Below are positions 14,929-24,205 of a DNA stretch of 32,000 nt, piece by piece. The stretch is from Opitutales bacterium (GTDB lineage: Bacteria > Verrucomicrobiota > Verrucomicrobiia > Opitutales > PNEW01). Where the stretch lies: the NCBI GenBank assembly GCA_965219535.1, contig CBDCNV010000001.1, positions 1,200,001 to 1,232,000 of the forward strand, given 5' to 3'. A model generated the notes under the pieces. That model had not been told where the DNA came from, ran no database searches, and was given only the letters and a program-made list of their open reading frames with translations. Numbering within the stretch: the first letter of the stretch is position 1; every line of letters starts with the position of its first letter. The translations under genes were made by a program, and so were the position numbers.

Positions 14929-15840
14929 TTAAGTCGAGAGGGACAGAAGTTCACTGATGTTTTCCGGAGTATTTACCCAGAGGTGGGAGTTGTCTTTCCA
15001 AATCATAAATTGAGGAGTGATGTATTTGTTTATAACTTGCTTCATTTCTGGAATAGACTGTCCCTGCCAGTAGCCGTCTTTAGTGGCTGACAAGACGTAT
15101 GCCTTTATATCAATCGGTGCCGTTATATTTTCAGTGCAGTGATTAAGGAGCCAGTTCATGCAATCGGAGGATAAATACGTCCATGAAAAACCAAAAACTT
15201 TAAAACGGGATTCAAGATCATGCTTGAATAAAACCCTGTTTTGAGCACCAAACTTCCAATTATAAGTTAAACTCGCTTCGGGGTTAATGAAGGTTAAAAG
15301 ATTACTGTTTGGGAGAGCGAACCATCGAAATTCGTTTTTCTTAAAACCATTGAGAGGGAAAAATAGTTTTTCCCAAGCACTGTCATCTGTGTAATCAGGC
15401 GCCGAAGCGACCCAGAAGAGCTGCAATGATTTCTGGATCTCTTTTGATAGCTGGGGATAGACGGGAAGAAAATCATAGAACCCGGTGCTTGATGCCACGA
15501 CTGAAACCTTCTCAAACTTTTTCGCAAGATCGCAAAGATCCTCATTTATTTTTGATTCTCTTTTATTTTGATTCTCCGGTGAATATTTTTCCCAGATTGG
15601 AGTGCTGGCTGAAAACTCGGGAAGAGAGAGAGAACGGATATAAAATCGGTGTTTAAATTTTTGATAAAGACTGGGAATTGCGAAACGGATTTGACCGGGT
15701 GATCCATCAAAACCGTGAATAAAATAGAACGCTTCATCCGCTTGTTCAGGATTACCGTATTCATTGAGATCGTCATAGAAGTAACGAAAATAACTTAACG
15801 AATCGTAATATTTATTTTCGAAGAGTGTTCGCAATGACAT
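14929..15840 (-). CDS. Hypothetical protein, possibly alpha/beta-hydrolase fold
   Basis: 303 aa. FIHGFDGSPG, then VVASSTG (AxSxG-type nucleophile elbow), then KDGYW and DNSHLW, appear in the Ser-Asp-His order expected for the fold. The assignment is by eye only. Confidence 0.45.
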   Translation of the reverse strand: MSLRTLFENKYYDSLSYFRYFYDDLNEYGNPEQADEAFYFIHGFDGSPGQIRFAIPSLYQKFKHRFYIRSLSLPEFSASTPIWEKYSPENQNKRESKINEDLCDLAKKFEKVSVVASSTGFYDFLPVYPQLSKEIQKSLQLFWVASAPDYTDDSAWEKLFFPLNGFKKNEFRWFALPNSNLLTFINPEASLTYNWKFGAQNRVLFKHDLESRFKVFGFSWTYLSSDCMNWLLNHCTENITAPIDIKAYVLSATKDGYWQGQSIPEMKQVINKYITPQFMIWKDNSHLWVNTPENISELLSLST

Positions 15841-16037
15841 TTGAGTTAATTTTTATTTTAAGCGTATGGATTTGAGATGATTAAGCACGAGGAGAATTCA
15901 AGCATTGTGCAAGAGCGAATAAATTGATCAATCATCACCGCGTTGATGAGACACTTTTTTGCATACTTTTTCCACTTGAAATTCGTTTATTTGTAATTAA
16001 ATTGGAACAAACAAGCGCGATATTTTCTCCAACAGTA

Positions 16038-16733
16038 ATGATGACACTTTCCAAGCGAATATGCGGTCTTCTCAGCCTTGTGGTCTTATTTTCTTTCTCA
16101 ACCGGATTTTCTGCCGTGGTGAAAGAGGGGGATTCTATTAATCGTGTTCAGACTGTCCTCGGCAACCCTAACGGGGCTATTTCTGTTAATGAAAAACAGA
16201 CCTATTTTTTCGATCGAGGTGAAGTAATATTTATCGATGGTGTAGTGACAGAAATTAAGCTCGTTGACGAAAGCGCGGCGGCAGTGAAACATGCCCGAGA
16301 TAAAAAACGGCGCGAACTCGCAGTCTTACTCGCCAAAGAGCGTAATCAACAGCGAATCATCAGGGGGCTCGAACTGAAAAAAGAAAAGTTGAACAGTCTG
16401 AAATTCAAGACCGCTTCAACCGAAAGTCGTATCCACTACTGGAGGAATTTCCACCGTGTTTTTCCCGATATTGATATCTCTGATCAATTAGACGCGGTAC
16501 TCCTGGAACGCGATGAAGAGATTGCCCGCACCGAAGAAGAAGCTCGTTTGGCTGAAATAGAAGCCCGACTTCTTGCCGCAGAAAGGCGTACCCGTTATCG
16601 CTATCGCTATTCATTTCCATACTTTTTCGGTTTCAGCCACGGACATGCTCCAGTTGTCGAAGACCCGGTGCCACAAAAAGTACCGCCTCCCGACTGCGTT
16701 CCCACCTTTATTTCCGCCGAGTTAAAGCGGTGA
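16038..16733 (+). CDS. Secreted protein with coiled-coil region
   Basis: The ATG at 16038 gives the signal peptide MMTLSKRICGLLSLVVLFSFSTGFSAV. There is a charged heptad-like segment, ERDEEIARTEEEARLAEIEARLLAAERR. The track ORF starts further upstream at the TTG at 15924. Confidence 0.6.
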   Translation: MMTLSKRICGLLSLVVLFSFSTGFSAVVKEGDSINRVQTVLGNPNGAISVNEKQTYFFDRGEVIFIDGVVTEIKLVDESAAAVKHARDKKRRELAVLLAKERNQQRIIRGLELKKEKLNSLKFKTASTESRIHYWRNFHRVFPDIDISDQLDAVLLERDEEIARTEEEARLAEIEARLLAAERRTRYRYRYSFPYFFGFSHGHAPVVEDPVPQKVPPPDCVPTFISAELKR

Positions 16734-16740
16734 TGATGAA

Positions 16741-16764
16741 GTTTTAGGTGTTAAGTTTTAGGTA
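16741..16764 (+). repeat. Heptamer array related to 3551-3589 (single arm)
   Basis: gttttaggtgttaagttttaggta starts 8 nt after the stop at 16733. It uses the same word family as the arms flanking the IS. Confidence 0.6.
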
Positions 16765-16845
16765 GCAAAGTCGAAGATAAATCCTGCAACTTCACATAGA
16801 GATAGCATATTTCGTCTTTTGACTTTTAGCTTTGGACATTCGACT

Positions 16846-17574
16846 TTATCTTTCATTTGCATCTTCGATCTGAGAAAAGGTATCGCGTATGTGTTCTGCG
16901 TAACGTTTCACAACAATAGCCAACGCTTTTTCTCCCTTTTCTCGAGAAGCTAAACTTGATTTACCCCACACTCCCGTTTTACTCATCGCGCTCATAGGTA
17001 AGTAGTCAAAATATTCGGCGGATTTACCGGGAGGAACATGATCGTGACGCTCTTTTCCTACTGTAGATTCATCGATCGCCAGCATGAGTGATGTTTCATA
17101 ATCGCCGCCATGCAAATCGTTGTCTAAATCTGGGAATATATCTCGCAACTCATTAATCGGGGGTGTCCCTGGGGTAATGAGCAGAACTTTACCGTCTTTT
17201 CGATTCGTATTCAGTTTGCGCACCGCGATTTTCAAAATCGTGTTACCGCCGTGGAGATTTACAATCACGACCTTTTTAAAGCCCTGTGCAAAAAGGCAAG
17301 TTACGAGATCCTCAGTTATGAGGGCAAGCGTTTCATGTTTCAGTGATACCGTCCCTCGAAAATCAGCATGCGCTTCGGAATTACTAAAGGGTAATGCCGG
17401 CAGCAGGTAGGCATTTAATTCACGGGCAATGCCCTCTCCAATGGCATCCGCTTCCATCCAATCGGTGCCTAGAGGAAGATGCGTGTCATGTTGTTCGATC
17501 GCACCTACAGGCAGAATGGCTATATCAGCATTACTTTTTTCCAAATCAGGACTGGTGTTTTTTGAATTCCACAT
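16846..17574 (-). CDS. Creatininase-family amidohydrolase
   Basis: AILPVGAIEQHDTHLPLGTD is the family signature; 242 aa. Confidence 0.8.
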   Translation of the reverse strand: MWNSKNTSPDLEKSNADIAILPVGAIEQHDTHLPLGTDWMEADAIGEGIARELNAYLLPALPFSNSEAHADFRGTVSLKHETLALITEDLVTCLFAQGFKKVVIVNLHGGNTILKIAVRKLNTNRKDGKVLLITPGTPPINELRDIFPDLDNDLHGGDYETSLMLAIDESTVGKERHDHVPPGKSAEYFDYLPMSAMSKTGVWGKSSLASREKGEKALAIVVKRYAEHIRDTFSQIEDANER

Positions 17575-17595
17575 CTTATGCCTTTCTCACATTTT

Positions 17596-18486
17596 TCATT
17601 TCTCAATTATCTTCAGTTTTATCGCCAGTTTTTTTACCTCTTCTAAATGCCAGTCGTCGGCTTTAGGGTAGGGTGGACGCGTTGTTGCGTGATCGATTAT
17701 TCCCTTCCATTTGAGAAGGTGTTTGGCGACTGAAAATGCATAGGGATCAGGTGTTATGAATGTAATGAGGGGTAGCATTTTATTATAGAAATGTTCTCTC
17801 GCTTCATCCCATTTCTCCGCCTTCACCAGTTTGTATAGAACAACTTCATGTTCGGGCATAACGGCCGCGCTTCCAGCAATCACGCCATCGCTCCCGCAGA
17901 GATAAGTGATAAGTGAATACAAATCTGATCCGCATAAGGCCGGGATAGAAAGTGCTTCATGCTTGAGTACTTCAAAAGATCCAATATCTCCACTTACTTT
18001 CAATGCCGCAATGCGATCACAATCGTTAACGATTGGGAGAACATCGCGTTGCATATTGAGTTTCCCCTCATTGGTCATGTCATAGAGCATAACCGGTATC
18101 TCATCCGCAATTTTCAGGAAAAAAGAGTGCAAGTCTTTATAGGAACGTTTTTTTACCATCGCAAAGCTGGCCCCTTTACGTGAGGCAATCTTTGCCGCTT
18201 TCATCGCATCGTCGAGGTCAACAGAGATGATACCCATACCGATGGGCACTCTGCCGTTCACATGTTCAAGAACATGATCCAATACCTGCTCGATCTCATT
18301 GAGGTTCATTCCCTCAAACTCACCCGCTTTTCCGCACGCTACGAGACCATCTACTCCACCATCGAGGATGTAATCTATCTCGCGACTCATGCTGCGAGAA
18401 TCAAACAGGCTTCCGTCTTCATTGAAAGGTGTTGAGAGAAGGGTGTATACCCCTCCACTTAGTTTCGTGTCATTGGCCTTTATCAT
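17596..18486 (-). CDS. DapA/N-acetylneuraminate-lyase family class I aldolase or dehydratase
   Basis: GVDGLVACGKAGEFEGMNLNE (GxxGE motif region) and IAALKVSGD (candidate Schiff-base Lys); 296 aa. Confidence 0.75.
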   Translation of the reverse strand: MIKANDTKLSGGVYTLLSTPFNEDGSLFDSRSMSREIDYILDGGVDGLVACGKAGEFEGMNLNEIEQVLDHVLEHVNGRVPIGMGIISVDLDDAMKAAKIASRKGASFAMVKKRSYKDLHSFFLKIADEIPVMLYDMTNEGKLNMQRDVLPIVNDCDRIAALKVSGDIGSFEVLKHEALSIPALCGSDLYSLITYLCGSDGVIAGSAAVMPEHEVVLYKLVKAEKWDEAREHFYNKMLPLITFITPDPYAFSVAKHLLKWKGIIDHATTRPPYPKADDWHLEEVKKLAIKLKIIEK

Positions 18487-18564
18487 ATTAGTTTTTTAAT
18501 AATTCAGATTAATTACATACCGATAAAATTACATTACTCTTAGCGCATGAGGTTTTTCAGCCCA

Positions 18565-20466
18565 TCATGAGGGGATGATAGGCAATACAATGTGGGAGGG
18601 GTGTTCGGAATCGAGGTGGATTGAATTGTCGGCGCTGACTTGACGGCGGTTGAGGCCAATCTTTTCACCGGTGTTGGGGTTGACATCAAAACGTGGAAAA
18701 TTGGAACTGGAGATATCAAGCCGTATGCGATGGTCAGTGACAAAGAGATTGCTCGTGGGATAAAGGGTGATCGTCACGGTATCGATTTCACCGGGTGACA
18801 GAAACTGGGCGGTCTCATGACCCTTGCGGTATCGCAAGCGCATAATACTGTCGGTAAGATTTAACGCGTAACCGAGTGGATACGATGCACTGGGCGGGTA
18901 GAGGTCGATCAGTTTGGCCGTGAAGTCAGTGTCGAGAGCCGACGAGGAGACCCAAAGGGTTACGGTGATTGGGCCGGTCACTTCTACATCCTGTTCAAGC
19001 GCCTCAGTTTGAAAAATGATGACATCGCTGCGTGAACCTAATGGCAGGTAGGGTGGCTCACAGCCGTAAATATCTGGCGATTCTACCTGGTTGAATCCTC
19101 CCGCATTCATGATCGGTTCAGCTCGGGCGGCGAAGTGGAGAATCCCTGGGTCGGCCAGGCCTGGGGGCATGGGACCAACCTCCTGATGTGACGAAACACC
19201 TCCACCGATTGACGGCACCGGGTTTGAAGGATCGAATCGATAAGTGATGGCCGCTTCTGTTTGATCAGGCGGCTGACGCCGCAACAATTGATCCTCGTGC
19301 AGATAGTAATGGGTGAATTGGGTGCGGGCCAGCGGCCATTCGTTTTCATCTCGCCACGATCCGCCATGAAACAGGCGACCGTTCCTTGAGCGACAGCCAT
19401 GGCCACCCCCCATAACGAATATGCGCACCGGTGGTTGGTCTTCGATAGCCGAACCCTGCCCCTTTAAGACAGCGTCGAACCAGGAAAAATGCAGATCGCG
19501 AAAGCTATCGAGCGCCGCCTCCGGTCCGAACTCCACGTCGCCGGCAAAGGACTGTTCGACTGTCGTGTTGCCATGGGTCCACGGTCCGACTAGAACTTTA
19601 ATGGGGCCTTTTTTTCGTGACGACAAACCAATGTAATTCTCGAATGTCGCCCGTGTATAGGAGTCATACCAACCGCCAACGATGAGCATGGGTATATCCG
19701 GGAATTGATCCCAATGTTCCGATGGCGCAAAGCTTGGGTGTCGCCAGTAGTCGTCGTAATCGCTATGGGTGAGCAGTTCCATTGCCCATTCCTCGTACGG
19801 TGGCACGAGGCGCAATTGCGTTTGTCCTTTGCGAATAGGCATGCGCTGGAGCCAGTCACCAAAGGTATTAGCGCCAAAATTGAGGGCGGGATCGATACTG
19901 GGGTCGGCCTTTAATTCGGACTGCGTGTTTCCCGCTGAATGCCAGAACGCCCAGGCCAAAAAACGAAGTTCCAGCGCCCCGCCTTGGCGCACACTGCTGC
20001 TGTGCGCGTTTGACCCGCTCATATTGGGAATCATCGTGACCAGTTGATTGGGGCCCAGCGCGGCCATCGCGGTCTGCGTCCAGCCACACCAGGAAGTTCC
20101 CCAACTGCCCACCTCTCCGTTTGACCAGGGTTGTTGTGCAATCCAGCACAAGGTATCGTAGCCATCTTCAGCTTCCGGCAAGAGAAAGTTGACTTTACCA
20201 CCGGACCGGAAACAACCCCGGCAATCCTGAAGCACCACGGCATATCCTCGGCGTGCATACCATGATCCATCACCGTTCGAGCTTTCACTGTCACTTATGT
20301 TATAGGGGGTACGGAAGAGCAGGGTCGGCATTTTTTCGGATAGTACTTTTCCCTCTAGTGCCGGAAGAAAAATATCTGTTGCCATTTCCACGCCATCGCG
20401 CATCGGAACCCTCACGTCTTTCTCTATGACCACCTCGTAGATGTCAGCTGAAGAACGCTCACTCAT
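18565..20466 (-). CDS. CocE/NonD family hydrolase (S15 X-Pro dipeptidyl-peptidase-like)
   Basis: 633 aa with LLFRTPYN, VVLQDCRG and the nucleophile context GSWGTSWCG (GxSxxG). The many long alternative-frame ORFs reflect its high G+C (35/60 in lines 18901 and 19981). Confidence 0.8.
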   Translation of the reverse strand: MSERSSADIYEVVIEKDVRVPMRDGVEMATDIFLPALEGKVLSEKMPTLLFRTPYNISDSESSNGDGSWYARRGYAVVLQDCRGCFRSGGKVNFLLPEAEDGYDTLCWIAQQPWSNGEVGSWGTSWCGWTQTAMAALGPNQLVTMIPNMSGSNAHSSSVRQGGALELRFLAWAFWHSAGNTQSELKADPSIDPALNFGANTFGDWLQRMPIRKGQTQLRLVPPYEEWAMELLTHSDYDDYWRHPSFAPSEHWDQFPDIPMLIVGGWYDSYTRATFENYIGLSSRKKGPIKVLVGPWTHGNTTVEQSFAGDVEFGPEAALDSFRDLHFSWFDAVLKGQGSAIEDQPPVRIFVMGGGHGCRSRNGRLFHGGSWRDENEWPLARTQFTHYYLHEDQLLRRQPPDQTEAAITYRFDPSNPVPSIGGGVSSHQEVGPMPPGLADPGILHFAARAEPIMNAGGFNQVESPDIYGCEPPYLPLGSRSDVIIFQTEALEQDVEVTGPITVTLWVSSSALDTDFTAKLIDLYPPSASYPLGYALNLTDSIMRLRYRKGHETAQFLSPGEIDTVTITLYPTSNLFVTDHRIRLDISSSNFPRFDVNPNTGEKIGLNRRQVSADNSIHLDSEHPSHIVLPIIPS

Positions 20467-20526
20467 GGCATTACACGAAGCGTGGTTGAATACGCGATAG
20501 GGTGCTTGAAATTGAGAAGATTCATT

Positions 20527-20715
20527 CTAGCGATTGGACCAATACTTTTTCCCCAGAATAGCACTGACGATAAAAAGTGCGAGAGCTATCAATGTTTTTA
20601 CGAGCCACAAATCAGTGCTGTAGAGGTTTGAAGCCAATAATAAAATGGCAACCAAAAGCAGGATCACCGCAGTGTAAATCAGTTCCAGCTGGATTGTTCT
20701 TTTTTCGTTTTCCAT
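20527..20715 (-). CDS. Small two-helix membrane protein
   Basis: 62 aa with two hydrophobic helices (YTAVILLLVAILLLASNLY and VKTLIALALFIVSAIL). It lies 52 nt downstream of the symporter gene on the same strand. Confidence 0.5.
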   Translation of the reverse strand: MENEKRTIQLELIYTAVILLLVAILLLASNLYSTDLWLVKTLIALALFIVSAILGKKYWSNR

Positions 20716-20767
20716 AATGATGACTGGGGACTACAACCTGTAAGTAAACGTGCTGAGCCGCAAAATA

Positions 20768-22474
20768 TTACCATAGCAAAATAAAAAGCAAATAACAGAC
20801 AATGATGAGGTAAATTATCGCTAATAACCCGGGTCGTCGATACCAGGGCAGACCTCCGGGTGGAACGTTAAAAGGATACTCAGGATTGATCGGCGCTTCG
20901 ATCAGCGTTTTCTGCAGCCAGGTGCCTTCCAAGACTTTTAAGCGATGTCCCATGAGCTCCCTTAATTCCGCGGCAACGGTATGTCTCTCGTAAACCAGGC
21001 CTTTATACTCCTCCTCTTTCATCGGTCCATGAAAAATGCTGATCACTCGCGAAATGATAAGCATGGTCGTAGCGGGCAATAATATATTCCACAAATAGGT
21101 CCACCAGGTATGGGTGATCCATACCGGCCATCCCCATTTATTGGCATCGGCAATAATGGCCAGGATTCCGTAAGTCAGGCCGATAAGGAGACCGAAAATG
21201 CCAGTGCGACGGTGGACACGGGTAAAAACGCCCATCAAAATAATGGTCATAAGTGGTACCGCGATGGCACCGGCCAACCTCAGGAAAAAAAGCAGCATGC
21301 CTTCCTGGATAAAAGGAACATAGACAAATCCGAGCGCGATAATGAAGGGAACAGAAATTCTACCGACAAGAGTATAGTGGGCATCATCGGCTTTTCTCAC
21401 AATAAATCGGGCGTATATGTCCCGCACAAAAAGGCTGGATATGCCGATCGCGACGGAATCAAAAGTAGAGTAGGCTGCAGCTATGAGTCCGGCCACAACC
21501 AGGCCAATAAGGCCGGGCGGCAGGTATTTTGCCATCATCAAAGGGTAGGCCGCGTCTACGGTTTCAAGATTTGGAAAGTCGGCGTGTGCCAGCGGCCCGA
21601 GGCTTACATTAAACCAAAGGCATATCGCGGTCGCGACGCTCGCTACCAGTGCAGCCATCTTGAAATCCCATTCTGATCTCGCTCCAAGAAAACGGATGGC
21701 TTCGTACTGGTTGATCACGGCGTAGGTTGTTAAGACAACGATAAATCCGAAGATGACAACGATCGCGGGGACACCATCCGGGGAATATCCGCCAACATGA
21801 AGGAGCGAGTCCGCTAATTCGGGATCGATGGCAACCAATCTTTCATTGAGACCTGTCCATCCCCCTCCTTTTACCCAGACCACTCCCCATAAAACAAAAG
21901 CGGCTACAATCATAATAGTGCTCTGTAGAGCATCGGTAAAAACTCCCGCTTTCAAGCCGCCACGGACAATGTAGAGTGCGGATGTTATTGCAACACCCAC
22001 GACAATCATCCAACTCCAACCCGAACCGATATTAGCGACGATCTTCAGGACAAGATAGAGAGAGAAAAATATATTACCCAGAACATTGGTGCGGGATTGT
22101 ATGTTGATGAGAACAGCAATGACACGGGCGCCAGGTCCAAAACGAAATTCAAGCCATTCAGCATTGGTGAAAACACCGGATCGGTACATCGGAACGATAA
22201 CGAAAAAACTCAGGACGATCCATCCCACCGCTATTCCCAACCACCAGGAGGATAATTGGGATAATCCTAATTCATAGGATCCGCCGACAATAGAAACATA
22301 ATCGCCGCTGTCGACCGCCGTCCCAAAGGCTGATAAACCAATGACCCACCAGGGCATTGATTTTGCGGCGAGGTACCAGTCAAAACTTTCACCTTTGCCC
22401 CTGAATACAACGATTCCATAGAGAACGATGCCCCCATTGATTACAAGTACGAGCAACCAATCAACAAGAGTCAT
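20768..22474 (-). CDS. Sodium:solute symporter family (SSF) transporter
   Basis: 568-aa polytopic membrane protein with SSF-like organisation (multiple Gly/Ala-rich helices and a long C-terminal extension ending in an extra helix). Confidence 0.8.
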   Translation of the reverse strand: MTLVDWLLVLVINGGIVLYGIVVFRGKGESFDWYLAAKSMPWWVIGLSAFGTAVDSGDYVSIVGGSYELGLSQLSSWWLGIAVGWIVLSFFVIVPMYRSGVFTNAEWLEFRFGPGARVIAVLINIQSRTNVLGNIFFSLYLVLKIVANIGSGWSWMIVVGVAITSALYIVRGGLKAGVFTDALQSTIMIVAAFVLWGVVWVKGGGWTGLNERLVAIDPELADSLLHVGGYSPDGVPAIVVIFGFIVVLTTYAVINQYEAIRFLGARSEWDFKMAALVASVATAICLWFNVSLGPLAHADFPNLETVDAAYPLMMAKYLPPGLIGLVVAGLIAAAYSTFDSVAIGISSLFVRDIYARFIVRKADDAHYTLVGRISVPFIIALGFVYVPFIQEGMLLFFLRLAGAIAVPLMTIILMGVFTRVHRRTGIFGLLIGLTYGILAIIADANKWGWPVWITHTWWTYLWNILLPATTMLIISRVISIFHGPMKEEEYKGLVYERHTVAAELRELMGHRLKVLEGTWLQKTLIEAPINPEYPFNVPPGGLPWYRRPGLLAIIYLIIVCYLLFILLW

Positions 22475-22558
22475 AGCAGCATTCCTCTATTATTCATAAT
22501 TGATTCTTCAACTTACTGTGCGAGGAATAGGATCTGCATCGGCCATTATAATTATTCT

Positions 22559-23620
22559 CTACCGAGGAGGAAGTTGGTAACCTTTCTTTTTTACCTTTAT
22601 TCGTAAGAGATCTGTTTCAGCGCTAATATAAAGTGTGTTGCTTTCCTGCCCCCTGCCAAAACCAACATTAGTTGGTACCTGCGGAGTGGGAATGTATGCT
22701 AATTCCTTTCCTGTGGGCGTGTAGACATAAATTCCATACCTTGTTAAATCACGTACCGCGACGTAGAGATTACCTTCAATGTCGACCGTTAGACCATCGG
22801 GTCCATCTTGTGGAGAATAATCGACAAGAACTTCTCTGAAGGAAGCCGTGCCAGCTTCGGAAAGATCGTAAGCCAAGAGGGCCATGCGTCCTTTATGATA
22901 AACGGTGTCTTCAGGCAGGCGATCAAAGCCGAGTGAACCATTATCATTGCTCACTACATAGAGTGATTTCTGATCGGGTGAAATTGCGATGCCATTCGGT
23001 CTGCCCGCATCCGTTACGATTAATTCTATCGTTCCATCTGGATCGATGCGATAGACTCCCATGATGGGTTGTTCAATCGGTTCATGCCCGAGATACCGCG
23101 GGTCGCTAAAATAAATACGCTCCTTTTCGTCGATCGCGATATCATTAGGCGAATTAAAAGGTCGACCCTGGTATAAGCCTGCAATGATTTCAGTCTTCCC
23201 GGTCGTCAGGTCGGTGCGCGTTACACGGCGACCGCCATAATCTGCGCCCTCCGCGACGATCATCCTTCCCCGCGCATCAAACTTGATTCCATTGGACATG
23301 CCACTAGGGGAGCGGAAAATCTTTGTGATTCCGGTTTCCGGATTGTAATTCCAGATGCGCCCTGCCTGCATGTTAGATCTGAAGGTAAAGGTAATATCGC
23401 TGAAGTAAACGGATCCATCGCGCGCAACGGCGGGACCCTCAGCAAAAAAGGTGTCGCTAAACAATAACTCTAATTCAGCTCCGGGTGACAGGATTGACGG
23501 GTCACCTTCCGGTTTTTCACCCGCGAAGCCGTGCCCGATGAAGAGAAGGAATAATGCGGGGAATAGGAGTCCATAGACCGTGGTGTTATCCAGTACAGAG
23601 AAGGGGTTATTTTTTTTCAT
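22559..23620 (-). CDS. SMP-30/gluconolactonase/LRE-family beta-propeller protein, secreted
   Basis: FAEGPAV, FNSPNDIAID and RPNGIAISPDQKSLYV repeats are typical of the family. The ATG at 23620 gives a signal-like N-terminus, MKKNNPFSVLDNTTVYGLLFPALFLLFIGHGFA. Confidence 0.8.
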   Translation of the reverse strand: MKKNNPFSVLDNTTVYGLLFPALFLLFIGHGFAGEKPEGDPSILSPGAELELLFSDTFFAEGPAVARDGSVYFSDITFTFRSNMQAGRIWNYNPETGITKIFRSPSGMSNGIKFDARGRMIVAEGADYGGRRVTRTDLTTGKTEIIAGLYQGRPFNSPNDIAIDEKERIYFSDPRYLGHEPIEQPIMGVYRIDPDGTIELIVTDAGRPNGIAISPDQKSLYVVSNDNGSLGFDRLPEDTVYHKGRMALLAYDLSEAGTASFREVLVDYSPQDGPDGLTVDIEGNLYVAVRDLTRYGIYVYTPTGKELAYIPTPQVPTNVGFGRGQESNTLYISAETDLLRIKVKKKGYQLPPR

Positions 23621-23751
23621 TAATATTGCCTTATTTATTAAATTTGGCGGGTGAGGATACCGTATTAACTGCATTCATTTGGTAAGTTTCTATCATTTTG
23701 CCTCAATCTTTTTTTTCTCAACAAATTTAATAATTATCTTGAAAAATTATT

Positions 23752-23771
23752 TAGTGAACATATGTTTACTA
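23752..23771. promoter_or_regulatory. Operator-like 20-bp palindrome upstream of the ssb-like gene
   Basis: tagtgaacat|atgtttacta is 19 of 20 self-complementary, with core GAAC-ATAT-GTTT. It abuts a TATAAT hexamer (23772-23777) and lies 31 nt upstream of the ATG at 23802. Confidence 0.45.
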
Positions 23772-23801
23772 TATAATCATTAACAAAAGTAAGGATTAAA
23801 C

Positions 23802-24149
23802 ATGAACATTGCGCACATCACAGGAAATCTCACTGCTGATATTGAAGTAGTACCCCTCAGAGAAAATACCCTCTGCAAATTTACTCTAGCCTGTAATCAG
23901 GGAGAACGAACGCTGTTTCTACCGATTGAAGTCTGGAATCAGGATCATTTGCAGAGTTATTTAAAAAAGGGATCAAAGGTATTGCTGAGTGGCTATCTTA
24001 AACAGGAGACTTGGCAAAATAAGGAGGGAGAAAATCGCAGTCGCATAGTTCTCGTAACTCATAATGTTGAGTTTATTGATCTCAAGTCGCGCGGTAAATT
24101 CCCTACAGATTCAGATAGGAATTCACCCAAGGTTGCAGCTGCTGCTTGA
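23802..24149 (+). CDS. ssb: Single-stranded DNA-binding protein, short paralogue without acidic C-terminal tip
   Basis: OB-fold SSB pattern: ITGNLTADIEV...FTLA...FLPIEVWNQ...YLKKGSKVLLSGYLKQETWQNKEGENRSRIVLVTHNVEF. It is 115 aa and ends ...SPKVAAAA instead of a D-D-D-I-P-F-type tail. An AAGGA Shine-Dalgarno-like sequence lies 7 nt upstream. Confidence 0.8.
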   Translation: MNIAHITGNLTADIEVVPLRENTLCKFTLACNQGERTLFLPIEVWNQDHLQSYLKKGSKVLLSGYLKQETWQNKEGENRSRIVLVTHNVEFIDLKSRGKFPTDSDRNSPKVAAAA

Positions 24150-24205
24150 ATTACCGGTAAGCTTAAGCGTGAAAAAATGGTAATTAACTCTACCCCGAGG
24201 GAAGA

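Noticed and set aside
19107-20294. Seven 69-99-aa ORFs in other frames of the CocE/NonD gene
   Set aside because: They have the same GC-driven artefact. All are nested in the 633-aa ORF, which carries clear family motifs.
23739-23777. TTGAAA (23739-23744) plus TATAAT (23772-23777) as a sigma-70 promoter for the ssb-like gene
   Set aside because: The spacing is 27 nt, far from the 16-18 nt optimum. Only the -10-like hexamer is retained, as context for the palindrome, and promoter consensus for this organism is unknown.
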